64,000 nucleotides of DNA, from contig NC_043009.1 in assembly GCF_006345805.1 (NCBI RefSeq), forward strand, positions 5,022,001 through 5,086,000. The letters are read 5' to 3'. The stretch comes from Octopus sinensis (Eukaryota). Both the position numbers and the translations under genes were made by a program. The notes under the pieces were generated by a model. That model saw nothing but the letters and a program-made list of their open reading frames with translations, was not told where the DNA came from and made no database searches. Positions 13,529 to 26,201 of this stretch are shown here, piece after piece. Positions within the stretch are counted from its first letter, which is position 1. The number at the start of each line of letters is the position of its first letter.

Positions 13529-13799
13529 GTATGTATATATGTATGTATAGATATATAAGGATAATGGTATAAGGTGTCCGTGGGAAAACTCATTTAAAAA
13601 AAGGCATCCTTGTTAGTGAAGAGGTTAGCAACCACTGGTATAGTAGAATGACCTGTAAGATAGAGACGCCCATGACCTAATTTCTTATTCATTTGTCAAT
13701 TCAATATCTTATTACTACTCTGTACTCATTAATGTACACATTTCACCACACTTAACTTTGTCCTATATCTGTTTACGCTGTAGGTGCTCTTAATTGTTC

Positions 13800-14560
13800 G
13801 TTCCTGAATTTTTGTAAGGCTATATTTGATTGAATGACGTTATGACACTTCCCTTATCTGGAATGTTATTAGCGTGGTTGATTAATATCATTTCATTGTT
13901 GACTGCTTGTGTCTCTTTCTTTTATGCGGATCTCATATCACTTAGTCCAGTACAGCCGTGCACATTTCATAGCTGCGATTCTATTTCTTTAGCATGGAAA
14001 GCATATAACTTGTTGCCATAAAGATATAAAAAAGGACGTTTGGTTCTCCTCAGTAAGCATTTGTATCCGAGTCTTGTCATGCGTAACATTTTGGTTAAGC
14101 GAATTAACGTTATGCTGAAAGGTACTGAGAGGTTGTTACTTGGAAGAGGCTTCTTTCAATGGAATTTGTTTTGTCTTTGTAATTCCTCTTGTTTATATGT
14201 ATCACCAGCAGTGTTTGTCATTTATTTAAGATTCATTCTATGTATCTTCGCCATATTGGTGCTACATTACTCATAGATAATATTTCCAAAACTTCACATG
14301 TGGGAAACCCTGTGAAACGGTTTCATGAAATTAATGCGTGGCAGGCTTCAGTAGAATTGTTTTTACTTGCATAGTCGTGTGCTTTGATTTTATCCACCGA
14401 TAATCCATCATTAGACGTTTATGAATGTTGCAGCATTTTGTCTGATTTTCACGAAAAGTTATTTTCTTGTTGCAGATATTTACTGAATCCCAACAATGTT
14501 ATTGCAGTAAAGGATTTGTAAGATGCAAGGCTACAGGACATAGGTTTAATTCTGTTTTTT
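13800..14560 (-). mobile_element. Heavily degraded R4/Dong-like reverse transcriptase
   Basis: Minus-strand pieces RIKPMSCSLASYKSFTAI (NYRPITCL-like), SNDGLSVDK (DQLLIDK-like), IERSLFQ...NLSVPFSITLIRLTKMLRMTRLGYKC (IFQGDSLSP-like) and FLYLYGNKLYA (YMDD-region-like) occur in the expected order. Confidence 0.55.
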
Positions 14561-15317
14561 GCAATTTTCTGATGTTTTTCTTTCATTTTGGATGTGGAGA
14601 AGCTTTGCTCTTAGTAAATCACCGAGAAATCGTTCCCGTGTCTCTCAGTATTCTAATAAATATTACAGGTAATATCTAACGTATCAAGTTAATATTTTAA
14701 AAGTAAATGTTGGTATAATATTATGTACTAGTGCGATCCGACGTTTTGTTCTTCGGTGCGGCTTAGAACATTATTCTCTAGTTATAGACACTACAATTGT
14801 TATGTCTTTTAGTTACTTTGAAGAATCGTTTCTGTTAGGATTCCTATGCCACAACACACCTCTACACAATGTTACTCATACTAACATTTGTGCTGGATTA
14901 ATTTGCATTTCAGTTTTTGATAAATCTGAGTTGTTTTGGAGGCAAAACCTTTTTGTTTTGTTAAGAGAATAGCTATTATTTTTTTTTTTACTGGTAGAAA
15001 CATTGAAATTTTATGAAGAACTTTTATTCAAGGCATTCTTTGATTTCGGGTATTTTATGTTATTGCTTATATTCTAGTAGTATTTTTCTCTCCATTTTCC
15101 AGTTTTGTCATTTCAATATTGATTTCATGAACGAAGAAGAGAAAAAAAATGTCACATGTTTTTTTTTCTTTTTTATAAACGTATGTTTGTTTTCCGTTTT
15201 GATGTTGTGATACTCATATTAATATATGGGTAGATCTGAGACGAGTGCTTTCCATTGCGACTAAAGTCGATGCTGCATATATTATTTTGTTTACTCCGCT
15301 GACTTTGATATCGCACT

Positions 15318-15318
15318 T

Positions 15319-15366
<48 letters not shown>

Positions 15367-15575
15367 TACTACTACTACTACTAGTACTGCTACTGCTGCT
15401 ACTACTACTACTGGAGCTGATAGTGATGGCGAGGACAAGGTCTACGAAGCCGACCATCACCTCCACCACTGCGACGACAACGACGACAACGACGACGACG
15501 ATGACGACGACGGTGGCGGCGGTGACGACAACGATGTCGAAGATGACGATGATGATGATGATGATGATGATGATC
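15318..15575. repeat. Compound (TAC)n, (TGC), (GAC)n and (GAT)n microsatellite
   Basis: Read directly; it explains the poly-Y/T/D/M ORFs. Confidence 0.95.
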
Positions 15576-15876
15576 CGACGCCTGCAGCTATTCTTCATTT
15601 GTGCTTCCTGTTTTATAACCTCTGGGAACGGGTCAAATCCAGTAATGTGGGTCCAAACGGGTCAAAAGTAAGTATGGCAATGTGACTTCGCTGTATGCAA
15701 GATGGTTCTCATAAATGCTATGAATAGCGTATTCATTGATTTTGACTGAGATGTAGCGTGTAAACCTTTCCATTGAATTTTACATGATTTCTGAAGCTTT
15801 AATTTCGACCAACAAGTGCTTCACTTGTTGAGTTCTTAGACTCATCTTCTTAATAACGCTGTTGCTTCCTTTTATG

Positions 15877-15944
<68 letters not shown>

Positions 15945-15950
15945 TACATA

Positions 15951-17110
15951 TCTAATCGAGGGTTCTGAGTTCTCCTTCAAACAGGGACAACGGTTTACAG
16001 TGAAAAGCAACTTCACATGTGCTTCGGAGAACCTAATATACTCACTAACCTGCTCCGGGTGTCAAGAGCAGTACATAGGCCAAACAAAAAATGGTTTGCG
16101 TAAACGAATGGCCCTGCACAGATCCCAGATAAAAATTCCCCAAAACAGAAAAATAGCTTTTAGCCAACACATAGATACTTGCGCCAACAAAAAAACACCA
16201 AACTTCAGAATTTTCCCCCTCTACCAATTTAGGGACGATACAACCTCGAGACAAAGAATAAGTAAAGAAAATCTCTTTATTACAAAATACAAGCACTTCT
16301 TAACGTGTCTACGACAAACAATTAATATACCTAAATTTAGAATAATAGAAAAAAATATATATACACACACAAATACTACACTCCATAGAATCCATTACTA
16401 ATCAGCCCCTTCATAGCTATATTTACACCCATTCATATTCTCCCTTCTCAGTTTTTTTCTTCTTCTTCTTCTTCATCATCATCGTTATCATCATCATCGG
16501 CGTCATCATCATCGCCACCATCATCACCACCATCTTCTCCTTCTCCTCCTTCTTCTTCTTCATCATCATCGTTATCATCATCATCGTCGTCATAATCTCA
16601 CCACCATCACCATCATCTTCTCATTCTCCTCTCCTTCTTGCTTCTCTTCTTCTTCTTCTTCTTCTTCTTCGTCTTCTTCTCCAACCCCTACCCCTTAAGT
16701 TTGTCACTAATGTTTTTTAGTATAACACCTACGCTAATTCTATAAACAAGCCTGTCAATATAAATATTCTCTGAATTGAACTGAGACTGCCAGCCGCCAC
16801 TGACCATTCAAAATACGACCATCAGGGCTCCCAGATTCTCCCACACCCCTTCCTCACCAGCCTTCCCTCTACTACCCTACCAAGAACTCACAATACCTCG
16901 AACACACAAGTGCAAACAAGGGAGTCAGAGAAAGGCAGAATGCCACTTAAATCTGAACAACTATAGAAATATTCTTTTAAGAAAACTTTTCTTCTAATCT
17001 TTCTAAATTTAATTATTGAATCGTTACAGTTGAAAAGGTCTCAAAATGACCGAAACCGTACTGAAATGTTCACTATAAAATATTTAGCATTTTCTATTTT
17101 TACTGTTTTT
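15951..17110 (+). mobile_element. 5'-truncated Penelope-like element: GIY-YIG endonuclease, 3' UTR and degenerate HHR
   Basis: FTVKSNFTCASENLIYSLTCSGCQEQYIGQTKNGLRKRMALHRSQI...FSQHIDTC...RISKENLFITKYK is a GIY-YIG domain with a CxxC linker (15951 to about 16300). An HHR relic follows at 17027-17063. Both ends abut (AT)n. Confidence 0.87.
17027..17063 (+). ncRNA. Degenerate type I hammerhead motif (probably inactive)
   Basis: cag-TTGAAAA-ggtc[tcaaaat]gacc-GAAAC-c-GTA-ctg. Stems I and II are intact; the core differs from CTGANGA at two positions. Confidence 0.55.
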
Positions 17111-17137
17111 TCATATATATAGTAGTATATATAATAT

Positions 17138-17184
<47 letters not shown>

Positions 17185-17190
17185 ATATAT

Positions 17191-17231
<41 letters not shown>

Positions 17232-17579
17232 CAAATATAAAATATAAAATACAAATTACAAAGTGGGACAAGAACGCAAAAACACACAAAGAGACGACAC
17301 AATAAAACAGACGGGTCACTCGAAGCCTCTAATCTTCAGTCGGAACCGGATCATCTTAGCAATTTCGGCTGTTTAATCTCGATATCACTCCGAACCGGCC
17401 AGCCCCAAGAACTAAGCCACAGGCATTAGATTTCTTAGAAAGAGGACGAATGTATGCGAAACAAAGACAGGATGCCACACGAATATAAATACAAGAAACA
17501 AAAATAGAAATAAAAAACAAGAATGGTTAGCAGGACAAACACAGCGGGCGTCTTACGTTTATATATATATATATATATA

Positions 17580-17622
<43 letters not shown>

Positions 17623-18338
17623 TGTGGTTTGTGTGTGTGCGTGTATATATATATATAATATATATTTGTTGTGCAAGATTATTGGCTAAACTGGCAAAAT
17701 GACCATTCCGAATACAATATATATATATATATATATATATATAGCACCAGGTGGTGCTATTAATCCAGGTGGTGCTATTAGTTAGACATGGCCTGGGCCA
17801 ATAATGGCCGAAACCTATCAAAGTATATATATATATATACGTATACTTAGCTTTCTCTCAGGATCTCTATGTGTTAAAGAATAGGTTCAAGATGACATCG
17901 GCCTCACAGTTGTTTCTTGTTTCTCAGTTGGTTAATCTCGTAGCTCAAACATACTTTCCATTGCAAGCAAAGCTTTGTTATGTCTATGGATGGTTATGCT
18001 CTTCACCAATTCCACGCAGCCACGGCAATGGACAAGGTGGACGATGGTTTCATCATATTTTCCAAACACACTCTTTTGCAGCTCTTTTCATTTTCTGGTG
18101 ATAATATAGTGCAGTGTCCATCAACCCATCCGGCACTATTTTCTTTTCTTTGGTATTGTGCTTTTTACCAAATCGGGTGATTTTCGAATAATGATTCGTA
18201 CACACACTCACACACACATACACACTCACACACACACACACACACAAACATACACAAAAACATGCACACACTCAGGTATATATATATAGAGAGAGAGCGA
18301 GAGAGAGAGAGGAAGAGATGTATATGTAATACACAACC

Positions 18339-18377
<39 letters not shown>

Positions 18378-18894
18378 AGGGTGTGTGCTTATACATACAT
18401 ATTTCTGTATATATGTGTATTTGTATGCATTTAAGCTTTGCGTTCTAATAGTTGTTCTCTTTTATTTTGACATTTAGCATTCCTGGGAAAATCCTTTTTG
18501 CTTTTTCTAGCAAAGCAGATAATTGAATAATTTTATTTTTCATGATCGTTTTTCAGAAATTGATTAAACTAGAAAAATGTGAAATACCTACTTCAGTATT
18601 AACAGCAACACTCTACAAGAAAATCCATTTGCAGTATTACCCAAATTTATATGGCAACAATATTACCTTTTGTGACAGGTTGAATATCTAAGCAAAAGAA
18701 TATTAGGAGAAGCAAGAAAAGGTAAAAGAAAGAAAACATGGCTGAGATGAAATAGTCATAAAGTATATATGAAGGACCAAATAAGGCATATTAATGCTGT
18801 ATATTCAGAAGGAACAACGGCATGAAGAAGTTAACTCAAAGAAAGAATTAGAGAATATCCACGATAAAACAAGGGGTTTAAGTTCAAGGGAGCG

Positions 18895-19050
18895 ACGAAA
18901 AGTGTTCCAATTAATTCGATCAACGGAATAGCCTGTACTTGAAATTAACGTGCAAGTGGCTGAGTATTCTACAGATACGCGTACCATCAACGTAGTTCTC
19001 AGCGTGACATAGAATGTGAAAAGGCTGGCCCTTTGAATTACTGATACTAC
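18895..19050 (-). mobile_element. Partial copy of the SINE seen full-length at 21242-21622
   Basis: Reverse complement of the tcaaagggcc...ctgttccgttgatcgga body and tail. Confidence 0.75.
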
Positions 19051-19061
19051 ATCCTTTTGCC

Positions 19062-19425
19062 AAACGGATTATGTCGATTACATCAACCCCAGTGCGTAAC
19101 TGGTACTTAATTTATCGACCCCGAAAGGATGAAAGGCAAAGTCGACCTCGGCGGAATTTGAATTCAGAAATTGAAGACAGACGAAATACATATTTCTTTA
19201 CTAGCCACAAGGGGCTAAACACTGAGAGGACAAAGAAGGACAGACAAACGGATTAAGTTGATTACATCGACCCCAGTGCGTAACTGGTACTTATTTCATC
19301 GACCCCGAAAGAATGAAAGGCAAAGTCGACCTCGGTGGAATTTGAACTCAGAACGTAACGGTAGACGAAATACGGCTAGGCATTTCGTCCGGCGTGCTAA
19401 CGATTCTGCCAGCTCGCTGCCTTCT
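19062..19425 (-). mobile_element. Tandem partial and full copies of the abundant tRNA-derived SINE (ggcgagctggcagaa... head)
   Basis: Repeated ttatcgaccccgaaaggatgaaaggcaaagtcgacctcggcggaatttgaactcag core, resembling the MetaSINE-type central domain (from memory). The same family occurs at 33568, 38790, 44880, 45790, 55150, 59113 and 60578. Confidence 0.88.
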
Positions 19426-20254
19426 GTACATGACAACCGGTCAGTTAATTAGTGTTAGCTTGGCAGGTTAAATCCTAATAAAAATATTATTACTTTGCAT
19501 AACCTAATTTTCGACAGATAGAGTTTTATCCCGATTCCATGTTAAAGAAAGGAATTATCTATTTCAGCAATATCAGAGTTGAATTAATTGTGTGGCACAT
19601 TTAAATTTAAATATTCATCAATATAAACAACTTATTCAGAGTATGGAAATTTTGCTAGTTCCATTGCTACTTAATTGATACAACTCTTCTTCAAGTGCAG
19701 ACAAGTTATGCTTACTGCTTAGACTGTTTTAAAATGTTAACATTCCTCTCTTAGGTTTAGGGCCTTTCAGAGCCTTAAAGCGTCGGCAAATTATTTGCTA
19801 GAGGCAGACACCCTTCAAAATTACACCACGGAATGTACATGACGCAGCACCGGGTGGCAGATTATGTGAACCAACGAAGAACTTCGAACCAAAATAACTG
19901 AAATAAAAACTGGTAGGAAACTCGTCCAATTCTCTCTAACAACCATCGAAACTGATTTGCTAGTTTATCATAATCGTAAGGAAGGCGATTTTGCCCACAG
20001 CGGGAATTGAAGTCAGACTGGAGAGAGCCTGTCCAAATGCGACTAAATATTTTGCTGTACGCTTCAGCGAGTGTGATACTTCACCACCAAATGCACCAGA
20101 AATTCATATAAAGAGGCAGCGGTTTCTTTAATCTTTCTGACTCTCTTTTCTTTCTCTCTCTACTCTTTCTTTCTGTGTCTCTCTCCCCCTCTCTGTATTT
20201 ATATACTTATTTATTTCCCTATATGTCTCTCTATCTCTTTTCTTTTCTTCTTAG

Positions 20255-20317
20255 TGATCATGATGAGAACTTCCGCGACAAGCGATATTGCTTTCTCAAT
20301 ATGAACGAAGCTGTCAA
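20255..20317 (+). CDS. Candidate internal coding exon (phase 2 to 2): DHDENFRDKRYCFLNMNEAV
   Basis: Long pyrimidine tract tctcttttcttttcttcttag, 63-bp open frame, donor CAA|gtacga. Phase matches the next candidate exon across an 86-bp intron. Confidence 0.5.
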
Positions 20318-20403
20318 GTACGATTGATATGAAAATCTACTTGAATCGCCTATGAACTTCGGTTACATCTCACCTCTTGAATCCGAATTTTCTAACATAT
20401 CAG

Positions 20404-20453
20404 TGCAAGATTTATTGACGAGGCTAACATCAACGCTTACACTGTCGCCTCAA
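20404..20453 (+). CDS. Candidate internal coding exon (phase 2 to 1): ARFIDEANINAYTVAS
   Basis: Acceptor ttttctaacatatcag with a CTAAC branch point; donor CAA|gtgagc; in frame with 20255-20317. Confidence 0.55.
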
Positions 20454-20822
20454 GTGAGCCGCAACTTTAAGCGATATTTCAAAACCTTTCCTTCTATACA
20501 ATAACGCCATGCTCCTAAGTTTAACTTCATACGCTTCAAGATATCTATATAATTCTGTATTTGTATTTAACCTCCAACATACAGGTACTATCAACAAATA
20601 TATTCAACTAGTACACCAAGACGCTTTACTTCCATCAGCAAATAATTAAACAACAATAATTCGGAGATGTATGGCAAAAGGTTTGTAAAAGATCAAAGAA
20701 ATATTACCTAAAGTTATCAAAGAAACACTTACAAAACGCCGTAATAATAAATAATCAGAAATGCATTCTCTACACTATAGAATATAAGATGATGTTGATA
20801 TTCATGATTAGCCTTTAAACAG

Positions 20823-20956
20823 GCAAAGAGTCTAACGTGCATCCAATTCGCAATGATCCTGCCAAGATTCGTATACCATTGTCCAATAGGACAGTCTATA
20901 TTTCAGCAAATAAAGAGAGACTTGATGAAGATTATTCTCATAACTTTAGTAGATAG
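20823..20956 (+). CDS. Candidate exon (phase 1 entry): KESNVHPIRNDPAKIRIPLSNRTVYISANKERLDEDYSHNFSR*
   Basis: Acceptor ctttaaacag, with an alternative in-phase tttcag acceptor inside the segment. The frame is open for 44 codons to TAG at 20954-20956 and is phase-compatible with the previous exon. Confidence 0.4.
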
Positions 20957-21241
20957 AACAAATGTATAGAGCCTACTACGGGTCTCAGCCTGTATGATGT
21001 CCACTTGATAGATACGTCAGTGGTTTCAATATACACCTAAAAAAGAAAAACTTAACAAATAGGAAAATCGCCGACGGCAGCAACAACAAGAGAAGCAACT
21101 ACAGATGTAAAGGTTTAAAGAAATAACACGTATTTTGCTCAGATTCTATGTCTACTGTTTTTTGTGCTTCAGGACAGAAACTGCAATAAATCAGAACAGC
21201 GTCCATCGCTCTACGTTCACCGAGTAAATACCATGTAAAAT

Positions 21242-21622
21242 GGAGGCGCAATGGCTCAGTGGGTAGGGCAGCGGACTCGCGGTCGTAGGATCGCGGTTTC
21301 GATTCCCAGACCGGGCGTTGTGAGTGTTTATTGAGCGAAAACATCTAAAGCTCCACGAGGCTCCGGCAGGGGATGGTGGTGACCCCTGCTGTACTCTTTC
21401 CCCACAACTTTTTCTCACTCTTACTTCCTGTTTCTGTTGTACCTGTATTTCAAAGGGCCGGCCTTGTCACTCTCTGTGTCACGCTGAATATCCCCGAGAA
21501 CTACGTTAAGAGTACGCGTGTCTGTGGCGTGCTCAGCCACTTACACGTTAATTTCACGAGCAGGCTGTTCCGTTGATCGGATCAACCGGAACCCTCATCG
21601 TCGTAACCGACGGAGTGCTTCC
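21242..21622 (+). mobile_element. Full-length tRNA-derived SINE with 12-bp target-site duplication
   Basis: A box tggctcagtggg, B box ggtttcgattcc, tail ...cgtcgtaaccgacggagtg. Flanked by accatgtaaaat (21230-21241) and accatgttaaat (21623-21634). Confidence 0.9.
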
Positions 21623-21644
21623 ACCATGTTAAATATCCTCACAG

Positions 21645-21696
21645 TTAAATACTGCAGCTCAGAGCAGACCTGCAAATACGAGCAGATACATTACAG
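21645..21696 (+). CDS. Candidate small exon (phase 1 to 2): KYCSSEQTCKYEQIHY
   Basis: Acceptor atatcctcacag; possible GC donor CAG|gcaaga, or read-through to TGA giving YEQIHYRQDITV*. Phase-compatible with neighbouring candidates. Confidence 0.35.
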
Positions 21697-22002
21697 GCAA
21701 GATATCACCGTTTGATTTTCCGTCATACTGCATATGTTAACACATCATGTCATTCATATGTAAGACGTTGTGGATATAATTTATGGGGTTAACAGGACGT
21801 CTATTTCTAGCAGATTGAGCGAGCGCATGGAGTCTTATTTCTGCCATGACATTTAGGTGACTCTTACCCAAGTCAGGGTGACCTAACATAGTTCATTAAC
21901 AGAGACCCACCTTTAGGAAGTAATGAGGAATTGAAATTCCTAAGATATTATAGTCATTTGATAGCTTTTATATGAATGCTAAACAACGATATCAACAACA
22001 TC

Positions 22003-22060
<58 letters not shown>

Positions 22061-22583
22061 GTAATAATAACAATAATAGTAATGATGATGATGATGATGA
22101 TAATAATAATAATAATAATAATATAATAATAATAATGACAAGAAGAAGAAGAAGAAGAAGAAGAAGAAGAAGAAGAAGAGCGTAAACTTCTTTCTTCGTG
22201 TTGATTATGGTTTTAAAATTGCAATTTGCAAAATGTAAATGAAGAAATCGTGTAATTGGTAATAATATATAGAAGAGTAACATACACACATGAAAATGAG
22301 ATAACGTATTTGTGAACGACAATAATTTAATCCATATTCAAATTGCATACGTCATCATAAGAAAAGTTGCTTTCATTTTGGAAAAACAAACAGGAAAAAT
22401 AAAACAGCAAATTCATATTTGCAGCGCAATAGTTAAAGCATTGATTTCGATTTTCAGTTCTGCCGTCTAAATAAATATAAAGATTTCGTATTATATATAT
22501 TTGTATATATATAATATATAAATATATATTTATATATATATATATACATATATCTATCTTCTATCTATCTATCTATCTATCTA

Positions 22584-22623
<40 letters not shown>

Positions 22624-23038
22624 CATATATATATATATATAATATATATATATATAATATATATATATACATACACACACACACCATATATATATTATAT
22701 ATATATATATATTAATATATATATGTGTGTGTGTATGTATATATATCTATATATATATATAAATTGTATAGATGGATATATATACATATACACATATACA
22801 TATGTATAAATACACACTGATGTGTGTATGTATATAACGTATATATACATATATATATATGTATATATGTATATGTATATATATACATATATATATATAA
22901 GTGTGTGTGTGTATGTGGTGAGAGGCATATGTAATATAAATTAGATATAGGCATACATGGATGCATACGTACATACATACACACACATATGTCATGTGTT
23001 TACGCATATATTATATATGAATACATATATACATACAA

Positions 23039-23139
<101 letters not shown>

Positions 23140-23677
23140 GCATGTATGTATGTGTGTACGCATATCATGACGTGTGAGTATATATATACATGACTACCTA
23201 ATTGCAACAATCCATGCATATAGTTATATGATTATATGTATATGTATATAATTTTAATGAGCTTCAGGAAGAGGGACCGTGATTAAAACAAATCGCATAT
23301 TACTAGATTCATTGACTTGAAGAAATACCCTATCAGTATCTAAATTAGCTTAACTTCTTGATTGAAATTGAAATAAGATTGTATTTAATGATTTTTGTAT
23401 CATTTTATAATTGTTCTCAAACTCACTGTCAACGGCAATATATGAAAATATATTGCACATTATATACCGAATTTCAGAAACGAGGCGATTTATTCGGCTT
23501 CCAACCGAGTGAGGGAATATTGCATAAGAATATCCAAGGGCGTTAATTGAGAAATTTATTTGCAACAGATATTTAATGGGATATAAGTGCAATGAATGTA
23601 TGTGTGTGCATGTCATATGTATGCGTGTTTACGAACATAAAATATATGTCTATGCAATATAATTTAATTGATTGTGC

Positions 23678-23727
<50 letters not shown>

Positions 23728-24150
23728 TTCTGCGTCTGTATAACTGTGTATGTGCTTGTGTATGTGAGAACGAAAGATATAGATAAACAGATTGTTAGAG
23801 AGAGGGAGAGATATATAACGGCACAGTCTATGTGTGAGAGAGAAAGTGAGAGGGAGAGAGTGGCAGTGAGAGAGATAGAGAAAGAGAGAGTGGAGTTGTA
23901 TGTGTAAATGCATGAAAATTTTAAGTGCATAATTTCTGTGTGTGTAGTTTGGAAATTGTATTTCATGACACACATGAATAAATAAACGTAAACACACACA
24001 CATACACAGAGAAACACACGCACATACGCTCACAAACACACATACCTACACACACACGTACGTAAATTTTGTGTGTATATATATATATACACACACACAC
24101 CCACGCATGTACGTAAATGTGTATGTCTATACACATACTCACACACTCAC

Positions 24151-24183
<33 letters not shown>

Positions 24184-24200
24184 GACAGAGGGAGGAAGAG

Positions 24201-24231
<31 letters not shown>

Positions 24232-24309
24232 TGTGCCCGCGCTTTTGCGTAAGTAAGAATCTGTATATGTTTGTATTTATAATTTAATACGAACGGTTAT
24301 AATTTTCAG

Positions 24310-24445
24310 AACATTCGTGCATAATACATCAGCAAAGATGAATTATGATAAAGAAAATTAAACAGAAATATACGCGGTTATCGAACACAAAATCCGACGC
24401 GTGCCGCAGGATTCTGGTACCAATTACACCAGAGTGGATTTTTAA
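24310..24445 (+). CDS. Candidate terminal exon ending EIYAVIEHKIRRVPQDSGTNYTRVDF*
   Basis: Acceptor ttttcag at 24309 (phase 2) gives TFVHNTSAKMNYDKEN, then TAA at 24359-24361. A second acceptor taaacag at 24365 (phase 1) enters the same frame after that stop. Two Tyr-x-x-hydrophobic motifs follow. Confidence 0.4.
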
Positions 24446-24489
24446 TAGGTTAAACAGAGTATAATTATAAAAGCTTCGCTCACTAAAAT

Positions 24490-26201
24490 CAGAGGCGGCG
24501 ACGATAGATTACATCGATATAAAGGAAGACGATGTAACCAAGGCTATAGATGAAATGAAAACAGACTCAGCTACTGGCCCCGATGGATTCCCGGCAATCC
24601 TCCTAAAAGCATGTAAGAGAGTCCTAGCAAGACCACTGCAGTTCCTCTTTAGAGCTTCCTTGCAGCTGGCAAACTTCCAGGAAAACTGAAGGAAGGTAAA
24701 TATGCCCCATTCATAAAGGGGGTAGCAGAGCGGAGCCAAGAACTATAGACCTATCTCTCTGACCTCACACATCAGCAAGGTCATGGAACGAATAGTCAGA
24801 AGGAAGCTGATCACCTTCCTTGAAGAGAATGACTTGCTGCCCGACACCCAACATGGTTTCCGACCAGGAGAAGCTGTTTAACTCAGCTCCTACACACTAT
24901 GACTGGGTGCTGAAACGGCTGCTCAACCACTCAAATGTGAAGTCATATATCTCGACTTTGCAAAGGCCTTTGATAAAGTCGATCATGGAATGATATGTTC
25001 ACAAACTGCGTGATCTCAACATAGTTGGAAAACTGGGAGAATGGCTTCATGACTTTCTGAAGGATAGAAGTCAGGTGGTAGTAGCCAATGGGGCCACCTC
25101 CATTAACACAGAAATAGTGAGCGGTGTTCCGCAGGCACTGTTTTGGGACCACTACTGTTCATAATGGCCCTCTCAGACATGCCCTCAGCCACGCAGAGAG
25201 CCACGATCACAAGTTATGCAGATGATACAAAAGTTTCACAGGCAATACGAACCCTGAGGACACTAAACACCTGCAATGTGAGCTGGACGAAATAACAGTG
25301 GGCTGAAAAGAATAGCATGCAGTTCAATGCTGGAAAGTTTCAAGCTTTATACTATCAGCATGCAAAACTGAATGCAATACCCAATGAATACACTGGACCC
25401 GGAGGGATTGCAATCCCAGAGGCACAATCAGTGCGTGACCTGGGTATTCACATGAGTGATGACGCGACCTTTCATGTACATGTTGCTAAACTGACAATGA
25501 ATGTAGACGGCTGGCTGGATGGATTCTTAGACCTTTAGAACAAGAGAACAAGAAACATGATGGTCCTCTGGAAGACACTTGTCCTAAGCCACTTTGACTA
25601 TTGCTCTCAGCTATGGTCACCATCCAGTGTCAAGTTGATCACAGAACTTGAGGCGATCCAACAAAGCTACACAAGAAGATAGCCTCTATGCAGAATTTAG
25701 CTACTGGGAAAGACTCAAGAGATTAAAATTATATTCCCTGGAGCGTAGGCGAAAGATATGCCATAGTATATATCTGGAAGATCCTGGAGGGAAGTGTCCT
25801 GAACTTTGGCATCGAGAGTTACGCAAATGCCAGAACTGGCGCCACTGCGTGGTGCCTAGGACTCCAAACCTGCCATCAAGATGTAGGACAAGATTCTGTG
25901 ATAGCCTGGGCTTCCGAGGCCCACAGCTCTTCAATATCCTCCCGAAGAACGTGAGAGACCTGCATGGGGTGGATACAGATGTCTTTAAAATGAAGCTGGA
26001 TCTCTTCCTGTCAGGTGTCCCAGATGAACCAACTTCACGGCAGGAGGGGCAGATGAGGGCAGCTGCATCGAACTCTCTCATGCACCAAATAGCAGTTACT
26101 AGAAAGCCTCCATGAAGTGAAACCAAGTAGCAACACCAAATGGCGGTGCCCCATCATGGCCACAGCTCATAGGCTGAAACTGGAATCAATCAATCAATCA
26201 A
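24490..26201 (+). mobile_element. 5'-truncated CR1/L2-group LINE (RT domain and 3' end) with 10-bp TSD
   Basis: ATGPDGFPAILLK, NYRPISLTSHISKVMERIV, QHGFRPG, YLDFAKAFDKVDHG, VSGVPQG, SYADDTK, RDLGIHMS and DLFLSGVPDEP occur with frameshifts. The element ends in a (CAAT)n tail. TSD tcactaaaat lies at 24480-24489 and 26202-26211. Confidence 0.95.

Noticed and set aside
14467-14560. Cys-rich plus-strand exon (QQCYCSKGFVRCKATGH)
   Set aside because: The opposite strand matches degraded R4-like RT motifs in the correct order.
19750-19915. Possible upstream exon for the 20.2-kb chain
   Set aside because: Good acceptor, but every frame hits a stop before a phase-compatible donor.
20255-20453. Single exon with in-frame TGA (selenocysteine or A-to-I stop read-through, KYD*YEN)
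   Set aside because: An 86-bp intron with a GT donor, CTAAC branch point and CAG acceptor removes the TGA and keeps a sensible frame, which is the simpler explanation.
21242-21315. tRNA gene (also 33147-33220 and 46577-46640)
   Set aside because: A and B boxes are present, but no convincing cloverleaf or acceptor stem forms, and each continues into a SINE body.
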